Origin: an uncultured virus (IMG/VR IMGVR_UViG_3300029305_005420)
Taxonomy: Duplodnaviria > Heunggongvirae > Uroviricota > Caudoviricetes
Virus record (IMG/VR): IMGVR_UViG_3300029305_005420
Strand: one strand, 5' to 3'
DNA: 64,000 nucleotides
Shown here: positions 37,155-45,158 of the stretch, piece by piece
Layout of the letters: each line of letters begins with the position of its first letter
Position numbering within the stretch: the stretch's first letter is position 1
Notes under the pieces: model-generated
What the model saw: the letters and a program-made list of their open reading frames with translations, nothing else
What the model was told of the DNA's origin: nothing
Database searches by the model: none
Program-made: the position numbers and the translations under genes

Positions 37155-37526
37155 ATGACAAGATTTCAAAGAGAACTCAGCGGTAGCTTAGGAGCCTTTT
37201 GGAAGGCAGAAGCCGAAAAGGAACTCGCAAGAGTAAAAGCCGACCTTGAAGCCGGCAAGATTACAATCGATGAGCAGGGCGTTGCAAGAAACTGCATCGG
37301 CAGGGTTTTGATGGACGATTTGCTTGAGAAGGTTGCACTACTCACCGACAAAGTCGACACAGAGGCCACACGAGCCGCTAACAGCGAAGAAACCGCCGAG
37401 AGCCTTAAACAATACCGAGAAAACCAAAAAGGCCACACAGCCGAAAATTTGGCGGAAATGAGGGCAACCTTTGGTGAAGGCACAACGGTGGTAGACATTA
37501 TAACCGGTGAGAAGATAACCTTATAA
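37155..37526 (+). CDS. Small hypothetical cassette protein
   Basis: Own promoter, RBS GGAGG; EMRA.FG.G..VVD.ITG C-terminus. Confidence 0.75.
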   Translation: MTRFQRELSGSLGAFWKAEAEKELARVKADLEAGKITIDEQGVARNCIGRVLMDDLLEKVALLTDKVDTEATRAANSEETAESLKQYRENQKGHTAENLAEMRATFGEGTTVVDIITGEKITL

Positions 37527-37542
37527 AAAAATAAAAGAAACC

Positions 37543-37598
37543 GAGACGGGCCTTCGGGCCTATCTCTCGTAGTGACAGCTTAAAGGCTGTCTTTTTTT
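37543..37598 (+). terminator. Tandem hairpins ending the cassette array
   Basis: GGCC-TTCG-GGCC hairpin, then GACAGC..GCTGTC-TTTTTTT. Confidence 0.7.
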
Positions 37599-37615
37599 GT
37601 GCCTTTTTTAGAGAG

Positions 37616-39226
37616 GTGATTGTTATAGAAAAGCTACAAAACTACGAGCCTACTAAATTTATGGCAGAGGACAGCGTGTATGATAAAACAATGGCTGACT
37701 ATGCTGTAGGCTTTATTGAATGCCTATGCCACACAAAAGGTATATGGGCAGGAAAACCCTTTGAACTTATACCTTGGCAGGAGCAAATCATACGAGACCT
37801 ATTTGGAATCTTAAAACCGAACGGGTACCGACAATTTAATACAGCTTACATTGAAATACCAAAAAAGATGGGTAAATCAGAACTTGCCGCCGCAGTTGCT
37901 CTACTGCTCACCTGTGGTGATGGCGAAGAGCGAGCTGAGGTTTATGGTTGTGCCGCTGATAGACAACAGGCATCAATCGTATTTGAGGTGGCGGCAGATA
38001 TGGTAAGAATGTGTCCGGCTCTAAACAAGAGGGTTAAGATTTTAACTTCTCAGAAAAGGATTGTGTATACTCCTACGAACAGCTTTTATCAGGTGCTGTC
38101 GGCGGAGGCATACAGTAAACACGGATTCAATATCCACGGTGTTGTGTTTGATGAGTTGCATACTCAGCCTAACCGAAAGCTCTTTGATGTTATGACAAAG
38201 GGTTCAGGTGATGCGAGAACACAACCGCTTTACTTTTTGATAACCACCGCAGGTACTGACACCAACAGCATCTGTTATGAGACACACCAAAAAGCAAAGG
38301 ATATTCTTGAAGGCAGGAAATTTGACCCCACCTTCTATCCTGTGATTTACGGAGCAGAAGAGAATGACGACTGGACTGACCCTAAAGTTTGGAAAAAAGC
38401 CAACCCCTCCCTTGGTATAACTGTAGGCATTGATAAAGTACAGGCGGCTTGTGATTCCGCAAGGCAAAACCCCGGCGAAGAAAACTCATTCAGACAGCTA
38501 AGACTCAATCAATGGGTAAAGCAGACAGTCAGGTGGATGCCGATGGAAAAGTGGGATGCCTGTGCTTTCAAAGTTTTAGAAACTGAGCTTGAAGGTCGTG
38601 TATGTTACGGCGGTTTGGACTTATCCTCCACCACAGACATCACGGCTTTTGTTTTGGTATTTCCACCTGTTGACGAGGACGATAAATACATCGTGCTACC
38701 TTACTTTTGGATACCGGAAGAGACCGTTGACCTTCGAGTCCGGCGAGACCGTGTTCCTTATGACATTTGGCAACGACAAGGCCTCGTACAAACCACGGAA
38801 GGTAACGTGGTTCACTACGGTTACATCGAGAAGTTTATCGAAGAGCTCGGAAAGAAATTCAATATCCGAGAAATTGCCTTTGACCGCTGGGGTGCCGTAC
38901 AGATGGTTCAAAACCTTGAGGGTATGGGATTTACAGTTGTTCCCTTCGGTCAAGGTTTCAAAGATATGTCTCCACCTTCAAAGGAACTTATGAAGTTAAC
39001 CTTAGAACAGAAAATCGCCCACGGTGGACACCCTGTCCTTCGTTGGATGATGGATAATATTTTTATAAGAACAGACCCTGCAGGAAACATCAAGCCTGAC
39101 AAAGAAAAGTCCACAGAGAAGATTGACGGAGCTATTGCTACCATCATGGCACTTGACCGTGCGATTCGCTGTGGTGCTGATTCAGGCACTTCGGTGTACG
39201 ACAGCAGAGGTCTTTTTGTTATTTAA
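37616..39226 (+). CDS. terL: Terminase large subunit
   Basis: L.PWQ, IPKKMGKSE, VFDELH, ITTAG, GGLDLSST.D, KIDG..A. Confidence 0.95.
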   Translation: MIVIEKLQNYEPTKFMAEDSVYDKTMADYAVGFIECLCHTKGIWAGKPFELIPWQEQIIRDLFGILKPNGYRQFNTAYIEIPKKMGKSELAAAVALLLTCGDGEERAEVYGCAADRQQASIVFEVAADMVRMCPALNKRVKILTSQKRIVYTPTNSFYQVLSAEAYSKHGFNIHGVVFDELHTQPNRKLFDVMTKGSGDARTQPLYFLITTAGTDTNSICYETHQKAKDILEGRKFDPTFYPVIYGAEENDDWTDPKVWKKANPSLGITVGIDKVQAACDSARQNPGEENSFRQLRLNQWVKQTVRWMPMEKWDACAFKVLETELEGRVCYGGLDLSSTTDITAFVLVFPPVDEDDKYIVLPYFWIPEETVDLRVRRDRVPYDIWQRQGLVQTTEGNVVHYGYIEKFIEELGKKFNIREIAFDRWGAVQMVQNLEGMGFTVVPFGQGFKDMSPPSKELMKLTLEQKIAHGGHPVLRWMMDNIFIRTDPAGNIKPDKEKSTEKIDGAIATIMALDRAIRCGADSGTSVYDSRGLFVI

Positions 39227-39241
39227 TTTTTTTGAAAGGTC

Positions 39242-40618
39242 GTGAACGCTACGAGTATTTTTTCAGCAATATTTAAGGCTCGTGATAAGCCTATAAAGAA
39301 CAGCACAGTCGGCAGTTCATATCGTGCTTACTATGGAGGCTCCACCTCCGGCAAAGCAGTAACGGAACGCTCGGCTATGCAGATGACTGCGGTGTATTCA
39401 TGTGTTCGTATTTTGGCAGAGGCAGTTGCTTCATTGCCGCTTCACTTATACCGATACACAAAAGACGGTGGCAAAGAAAAAGCAATTGAAAATCCACTTT
39501 ATAAAATACTCCACGATGAGCCGAACCCTGAAATGACATCCTTTGTGTTCAGAGAAACCCTTATGACACATTTACTTTTATGGGGTAACGCTTATGCACA
39601 GGTTATACGAAATGGCAAAGGTGAAGTCATTTCCTTGTACCCGTTAATGCCCAACAAAATGACTGTTGATAGAGATGAAAAGGGTAACCTCTACTACACC
39701 TATCAAAGGTCAAACGAAGAGGCACCGACAATGAAAGGAAGTACAGTAACCTTAAAGCCGACTGATGTATTGCACATACCCGGACTTGGCTTTGACGGCC
39801 TTGTTGGATACAGTCCTATTGCTATGGCAAAAAACTCTATCGGTATGGCAATAGCCTGTGAGGAGTACGGAGCCAAGTTCTTTGCTAACGGTGCCGCACC
39901 CGGTGGTGTACTTGAACATCCCGGTACAATTAAAGACCCACAGAAAGTCAGAGACAGTTGGACTAACACCTTTGGCGGTAGTGGTAACGCTAACAAGATA
40001 GCGGTGCTTGAGGAAGGAATGAAATATACACCTATTTCTATTTCACCTGAACAGGCACAATTTCTTGAAACAAGAAAATTTCAAATCAATGAAATTGCTC
40101 GAATTTTCAGAGTCCCTCCCCACATGGTTGGTGACCTTGAGAAGTCGAGCTTTTCTAATATTGAACAGCAGTCCTTGGAGTTCGTTAAATACACCTTAGA
40201 GCCTTGGCTTATAAGGTGGGAGCAATCTCTTATACGCTCCTTAATTTTAGAAAACGACAAGGCAACGCTGTTCATCAAGTTCAATGTTGACGGTCTGCTT
40301 CGAGGTGATTATCAAAGCAGAATGAACGGATATGCAATCGGACGACAGAACGGTTGGATGTCTGCAAACGACATCAGAGAACTTGAGAACCTTGACCGCA
40401 TCCCTGCTGAAGAGGGTGGTGACTTGTACTTAGTCAACGGCGGTATGACGAAACTTGCTGATGCAGGTATTTTTGCAGGAAAGGAGGATAACGCTGATGA
40501 GCAAGAAGTTCTGGAACTGGAAGAGCAAGACGGTGAGGAATCAAGCGACACAGGAGGAGACGACACAGAGGACTCTGTTTCTAAACGGAACAATCGCAGA
40601 GGAAAGTTGGTTCGATGA
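39242..40618 (+). CDS. Portal protein, HK97 family
   Basis: AVYSCVRILAE.VASLP, LLLWGNAY, IARIFRVPPH, NDIRELEN. Confidence 0.95.
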   Translation: MNATSIFSAIFKARDKPIKNSTVGSSYRAYYGGSTSGKAVTERSAMQMTAVYSCVRILAEAVASLPLHLYRYTKDGGKEKAIENPLYKILHDEPNPEMTSFVFRETLMTHLLLWGNAYAQVIRNGKGEVISLYPLMPNKMTVDRDEKGNLYYTYQRSNEEAPTMKGSTVTLKPTDVLHIPGLGFDGLVGYSPIAMAKNSIGMAIACEEYGAKFFANGAAPGGVLEHPGTIKDPQKVRDSWTNTFGGSGNANKIAVLEEGMKYTPISISPEQAQFLETRKFQINEIARIFRVPPHMVGDLEKSSFSNIEQQSLEFVKYTLEPWLIRWEQSLIRSLILENDKATLFIKFNVDGLLRGDYQSRMNGYAIGRQNGWMSANDIRELENLDRIPAEEGGDLYLVNGGMTKLADAGIFAGKEDNADEQEVLELEEQDGEESSDTGGDDTEDSVSKRNNRRGKLVR

Positions 40619-41339
40619 TGACATCACACCACAGCTTTTTAAAGACGAGCTGAATTTAGGTAGTGGTGACATTACTGTTTGGATTAACTCTCCGGGCGGC
40701 GACTGTGTGGCGGCGGCTCAAATCTACAATATGCTGATGGACTACAAGGGTAATGTAACCGTTAAAATTGACGGCATTGCCGCTTCAGCCGCATCGGTAA
40801 TTGCAATGGCTGGCACAAAGGTTTTAGTGTCCCCTGTTTCAATGCTTATGATTCACAACCCTGCGACCATCGCTATGGGTGATACTGCAGAAATGCAGAA
40901 AACAATCGAAATGCTTAATCAGGTAAAAGAAAGCATCATCAACGCCTACGAGCTTAAGACCGGTCTTTCTCGTGCGAAGCTCTCTCATCTCATGGATGCC
41001 GAAACTTGGATGGATGCAAATAAAGCCATCGAGTTAGGTTTCGCAGATGAGCTTATGAAACGAAATGCTCTCCCGTTTGAGGAAGAGGATGACGAAAAGG
41101 AAGAGGACGAAGAGACCGAAGAGAAAAAGCCTACTAAGGGTGCTGATGAGGACACCGATGATGATGAAGAGGACGAGGAAGATAAAAAGGTCTTCCCTCC
41201 TAAAAGCAGTATGTTGTTTTCACAAAAAACTGTTGTTAACAACATCAAGAAAAAGATTGAAAAATCTACAACAAAGTCAAACACAGTATCAGCTGATGCC
41301 CTTATGGATAGGCTGAATCTTATTAAAAATTGGAGGTAA
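40497..41339 (+). CDS. ClpP-like prohead protease
   Basis: INSPGGD, AASAASVIAMAG, MIHNP, ETWM.A..AIE.GFAD. Confidence 0.93.
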   Translation: MSKKFWNWKSKTVRNQATQEETTQRTLFLNGTIAEESWFDDDITPQLFKDELNLGSGDITVWINSPGGDCVAAAQIYNMLMDYKGNVTVKIDGIAASAASVIAMAGTKVLVSPVSMLMIHNPATIAMGDTAEMQKTIEMLNQVKESIINAYELKTGLSRAKLSHLMDAETWMDANKAIELGFADELMKRNALPFEEEDDEKEEDEETEEKKPTKGADEDTDDDEEDEEDKKVFPPKSSMLFSQKTVVNNIKKKIEKSTTKSNTVSADALMDRLNLIKNWR

Positions 41340-41344
41340 TTATT

Positions 41345-42532
41345 ATGACAATAATGGAACTTAGAGAGAAAAGAAACAAGGCGTGGGAGGCGGCTAAAGC
41401 CTTCGTTGAAACACGCCGTGACAAGGACGGTCTCCTTTCCGATGAGGATGCAAAGACCTATGCAGAGATGGAAAAGAAGGTTCAGAACTACTCTGCAGAA
41501 ATCGAGAGACTTCAGGCAATGGAGTCTTTAGAGAATGAACTGAGCAAGCCTGTAAACACACCTATCGTAGGCAAACCTATGGGCGGTAGTGATAAATCAA
41601 AGTCAGGCAGAGCAAGTGACGAGTACAAAGCAGGTATGCTTAAGGCTCTTCGCACAAACTTCAAAATCATCACAAATGTCCTTTCAGAAGGCATCGATGA
41701 AAATGGTGGCTACCTTGTACCTGAAGAGTACGACAGCCGTCTTATCGATGTTCTCACCGAGGCTAACATCTTCCGAGGCCTTGCAAAAACAATCACCACA
41801 AGTGGTCAGCACAAGATTAACATTGCAGGTGCAAAACCTGCGGCGGCTTGGATTGACGAGGGTGGTGAGCTTACATTTAGCGATGCTTCCTTCTCACAGA
41901 TTAACCTTGATGCACACAAACTTCATGTTGCTGTAAAGGTTACAGAGGAGCTTCTCTACGACAACGCTTTCAACCTTGAGAGCTACATCATTGACCAGTT
42001 CGGTAAGGCCCTCGGTAATGCAGAGGAAGATGCCTTCCTTAACGGTGACGGTAAGGGTAAGCCTCTCGGCATTTTCGCAGAAGAGGGTGGCGGTGAAATT
42101 GGTGTTACAACGGCTTCCGCTACGGACATCACATCCGATGACATCATCGACCTTGTGTATTCCCTCAAGCGTCCTTACAGAAAGAACGCCAAGTTCATCA
42201 TGAACGACCAAACTATCGCCCTTATTCGTAAGCTCAAGGACGAAAACGGACAGTACTTGTGGCAACCTTCTAATCAGGCAGGTGAACCCGGCAAGCTGTT
42301 TGGTTACGACATTCTCACTTCACCTTTCGTACCTACCATTGCAGAAGGTACACCTGTAATCGCCTTTGGTGATTTCAGTTACTACAACATCGGTGACAGA
42401 GGCACTCGTTCTTTCGCAGAACTCAGAGAACTCTATGCCGGTAATGGTATGGTTGGCTTCCTCGCTAAGGAGCGTGTTGACGGTAAGCTCGTACTTCCTG
42501 AAGCAGTAAAAATCCTTAAGATGGGTGCTTGA
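41345..42532 (+). CDS. Major capsid protein, HK97 family
   Basis: N-terminal coiled-coil delta domain, GGYLVPEE, G.G.GKP.GI, FGDFSYY, R.DGKL. Confidence 0.95.
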   Translation: MTIMELREKRNKAWEAAKAFVETRRDKDGLLSDEDAKTYAEMEKKVQNYSAEIERLQAMESLENELSKPVNTPIVGKPMGGSDKSKSGRASDEYKAGMLKALRTNFKIITNVLSEGIDENGGYLVPEEYDSRLIDVLTEANIFRGLAKTITTSGQHKINIAGAKPAAAWIDEGGELTFSDASFSQINLDAHKLHVAVKVTEELLYDNAFNLESYIIDQFGKALGNAEEDAFLNGDGKGKPLGIFAEEGGGEIGVTTASATDITSDDIIDLVYSLKRPYRKNAKFIMNDQTIALIRKLKDENGQYLWQPSNQAGEPGKLFGYDILTSPFVPTIAEGTPVIAFGDFSYYNIGDRGTRSFAELRELYAGNGMVGFLAKERVDGKLVLPEAVKILKMGA

Positions 42533-42544
42533 TTTAGTTAGGAG

Positions 42545-42862
42545 GTGGCAGTAATGGATTTGCTTAAAAAGGTCAAGGAAAACTTAATACTTGAACACTC
42601 GGCAGATGATGAGCTTATTAACAGCTTCATTACTGCCGCAATTAACTATGCAGAAAGTTATCAGCATATTGCCGTAGACTACTACCGTAACAACCCGATG
42701 CCGGCAACAACAGAGCAAGCGGTTATAATGCTTGCCTCTCATTTTTATGAGTCAAGAGACGGTTCAACGGGTGGCTTTTTTGCCGACAATGTACAGGCAA
42801 GTCAGCAGGTGTGGAATACGGTCAATATGCTACTTAGACTCGATAGAGATTGGAAGGTGTAA
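42545..42862 (+). CDS. Head-tail connector (gp6-like)
   Basis: VKENL....DD.LI..FI.AA..YAE; A..ML..HFYE.R. Confidence 0.85.
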   Translation: MAVMDLLKKVKENLILEHSADDELINSFITAAINYAESYQHIAVDYYRNNPMPATTEQAVIMLASHFYESRDGSTGGFFADNVQASQQVWNTVNMLLRLDRDWKV

Positions 42863-42864
42863 AT

Positions 42865-43197
42865 ATGAGCTTCGGCAAAATGAACACCTTTATTGATATT
42901 GTAAAAAAAGACATAACCCTTGATGACGAGGGTTTTTCAAAAGAAATTGTCAGCTCCCTGAAATCTATCAGGGCATACAGAGAAGGTCGGCACGGTAGTG
43001 AGAGATGGGCTAATAGAGCTACATTCTCTACTGCCACCGACCTTTTTAGGTTCCGCAAGATACCCAACTTCAAAGTCACTACAGATATGACCATTGTCTG
43101 CGATGACACTCTCTTTGAAATAACATCTGTTGAGGATGTAAAAGGCAAAGGAATGTATGTTGAGGTACTTGCAAAGGAAGTGGTAAAGAGTGGCTAA
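42865..43197 (+). CDS. Head closure / head-tail adaptor
   Basis: Synteny; F.I.SV.D...Y.EV.A pattern. Confidence 0.8.
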   Translation: MSFGKMNTFIDIVKKDITLDDEGFSKEIVSSLKSIRAYREGRHGSERWANRATFSTATDLFRFRKIPNFKVTTDMTIVCDDTLFEITSVEDVKGKGMYVEVLAKEVVKSG

Positions 43198-43621
43198 TGC
43201 AACAGTAAAAATGCCGGATGAATTCTTAAAGCGAATGTCGAAGCTCGGTGCTAATACCGACAAGATTGCAAAGAAGGTTTTAACCGCCGGCGGTGAGGTT
43301 GTGTTTGCAAAAGCAAAGTCCAACTTAAAATCCGTTGTGGGTAACAATACCGCCTACGAATCACGCTCCACAGGTGAGCTTGAGAGTTCGTTTGGTATGT
43401 CTGGTGTGTTGCTTGATAAAAACGGAAACTACAACATCAAAATCGGTTTTAGCGAACCGAGAAAAGACGGCGGCAGTAACGCTAAACTCGGCAACATCAT
43501 CGAATACGGCAAAGCAGGACAGCCGGCTAAACCTTTCCTTACACCTGCACAAAGAGCAACAAAAGCAAAATGCATTGAAACAATGCAGACAACATTTGAG
43601 GACGAGGTGAAAAAGCTATGA
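43190..43621 (+). CDS. HK97 gp10-like neck protein
   Basis: TGEL..S, IEYG...QPAKPFL.PA. Confidence 0.85.
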   Translation: MANATVKMPDEFLKRMSKLGANTDKIAKKVLTAGGEVVFAKAKSNLKSVVGNNTAYESRSTGELESSFGMSGVLLDKNGNYNIKIGFSEPRKDGGSNAKLGNIIEYGKAGQPAKPFLTPAQRATKAKCIETMQTTFEDEVKKL

Positions 43622-43962
43622 ATATATTTAAGGAGCTTAAAAAGGTGTTTACTACCTTGGAAATCCCTATGGAAACGGTCAGTTTTACACAGCCACCTCC
43701 TGACGATTATGTGGTGCTTGTTCCCCTCGTGGATACCTCTGAACTTCACGCTGACAATAAGCCTACCTACGAAACACAGGAGGTCAGGATTTCACTTTTT
43801 ACAAAGCAGAATTATCTGCAACTTAAATACAAAATACTCCACAGCTTACTGGCTTTGGATTTTTATATAACCGACAAGCGGTACCTTGGCTTCGATGCTG
43901 AATCCGGGTACCACCACTACGCTATTGATGTAGCTAAATTTTATGAATTGGAGGATTTTTAA
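43618..43962 (+). CDS. Tail completion/terminator protein
   Basis: Synteny between gp10-like and major tail genes. Confidence 0.7.
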   Translation: MNIFKELKKVFTTLEIPMETVSFTQPPPDDYVVLVPLVDTSELHADNKPTYETQEVRISLFTKQNYLQLKYKILHSLLALDFYITDKRYLGFDAESGYHHYAIDVAKFYELEDF

Positions 43963-43964
43963 TT

Positions 43965-44561
43965 ATGGCAACTATAGGTTTAGACAAACTCTATTATTCA
44001 ACCATCACCGAAGATGCAGAAGGTAACGAAACCTATGCTACTCCGGTACAGCTTGCAAAAGCTATCTCCGCTGAACTGTCTGTTGAGCTTGCAGAAGCAA
44101 CTCTGTATGCAGACGATGGTGCCGCAGAGATTATCAAGGAATTTAAGTCCGGCACAATCTCACTTGGTGTAGATGATATTGGTATTACTGCCGCTTCAAT
44201 CTTAACTGGTGCTACTGTGGACAGTAACAATGTTCTCGTGTCCGGCGGTGACGATTCCGGCACTCCTGTTGCTATCGGTTTCAGAGCAAGAAAGTCAAAC
44301 GGCAAGTATAAATACTTTTGGCTTTACAGAGTCATCTTCGGTATCCCTGCCACTTCTCTTGCAACAAAGGCCGACTCCATTACCTTCTCAACTCCTACTA
44401 TTGAGGGTACTGTGCTTTGCCGTAACAAGGCAGATGCAAACAACAAGCATCCTTGGAAAGCGGAAGTAACTGAAGGCGATGGTGTATCTGCAAGCATCAT
44501 CTCTGGATGGTATTCGAAAGTATATGAGCCTACGGCTTCTACTAAAACAACGGAGGACTAA
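43965..44561 (+). CDS. Major tail protein (phi13 family)
   Basis: IGLDKLYY, LYADDG, AIGFRA, YFWLY.V.F. Confidence 0.9.
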   Translation: MATIGLDKLYYSTITEDAEGNETYATPVQLAKAISAELSVELAEATLYADDGAAEIIKEFKSGTISLGVDDIGITAASILTGATVDSNNVLVSGGDDSGTPVAIGFRARKSNGKYKYFWLYRVIFGIPATSLATKADSITFSTPTIEGTVLCRNKADANNKHPWKAEVTEGDGVSASIISGWYSKVYEPTASTKTTED

Positions 44562-44564
44562 TCA

Positions 44565-44951
44565 ATGAACGCTGATAGAAGTGCTGTTATTACAGTAGGC
44601 GGTGAGCAGTATACACTTATGCTCACTACCAAAGCAACAAAGGAAATCGCAGGTCGCTATGGTGGTCTTGAGAACCTTGGTGAAAAACTTATGAAAACCG
44701 AGAACTTTGAAATGGCTCTTGGTGAAATTGTGTGGTTGATTGTTCTTCTTGCAAATCAGTCAATCTTAATCCACAACCTTAAAAGCAAGGATGATAAGAA
44801 AGACCTTTTAACAGAAGAGGCAATTGAACTGCTCACTACTCCTTACGAACTTGCTGAATATAAATCAGCAATTATGGAGGCCCTGTATAAAGGCACAAAG
44901 AGAAACATTGAAAGTGAGTTAACTGACTCAAAAAACGAGGTAGTCGAGTAA
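44565..44951 (+). CDS. Tail assembly chaperone (G-like)
   Basis: Between major tail and tape measure; ends in slippery A AAA AAC. Confidence 0.85.
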   Translation: MNADRSAVITVGGEQYTLMLTTKATKEIAGRYGGLENLGEKLMKTENFEMALGEIVWLIVLLANQSILIHNLKSKDDKKDLLTEEAIELLTTPYELAEYKSAIMEALYKGTKRNIESELTDSKNEVVE

Positions 44952-45139
44952 GCGATGAAGAGTTGTTTACTCGACTTTTATATTACGGCACTACACACCT
45001 TGGCTTTTCTTTTGACGAGGTGTGGCTTATGCCATTTGGCTTATTACTCGACCTATGGGAATGTCACAAGCAATATTTAGGTCACAGCAAACCTAAACAA
45101 GAGGTCTTTATTGATGACATTATCCCGGACGGAATTTAA
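44930..45139 (+). CDS. -1 frameshift extension of tail chaperone (GT-like)
   Basis: -1 frame is open (RGSRVSDEELFTRLLYYG...IPDGI*); hairpin at 44942-44976. Confidence 0.8.
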   Translation, partial: KKRGSRVSDEELFTRLLYYGTTHLGFSFDEVWLMPFGLLLDLWECHKQYLGHSKPKQEVFIDDIIPDGI

Positions 45140-45158
45140 CAAACGGAGGTGAGGTAAC

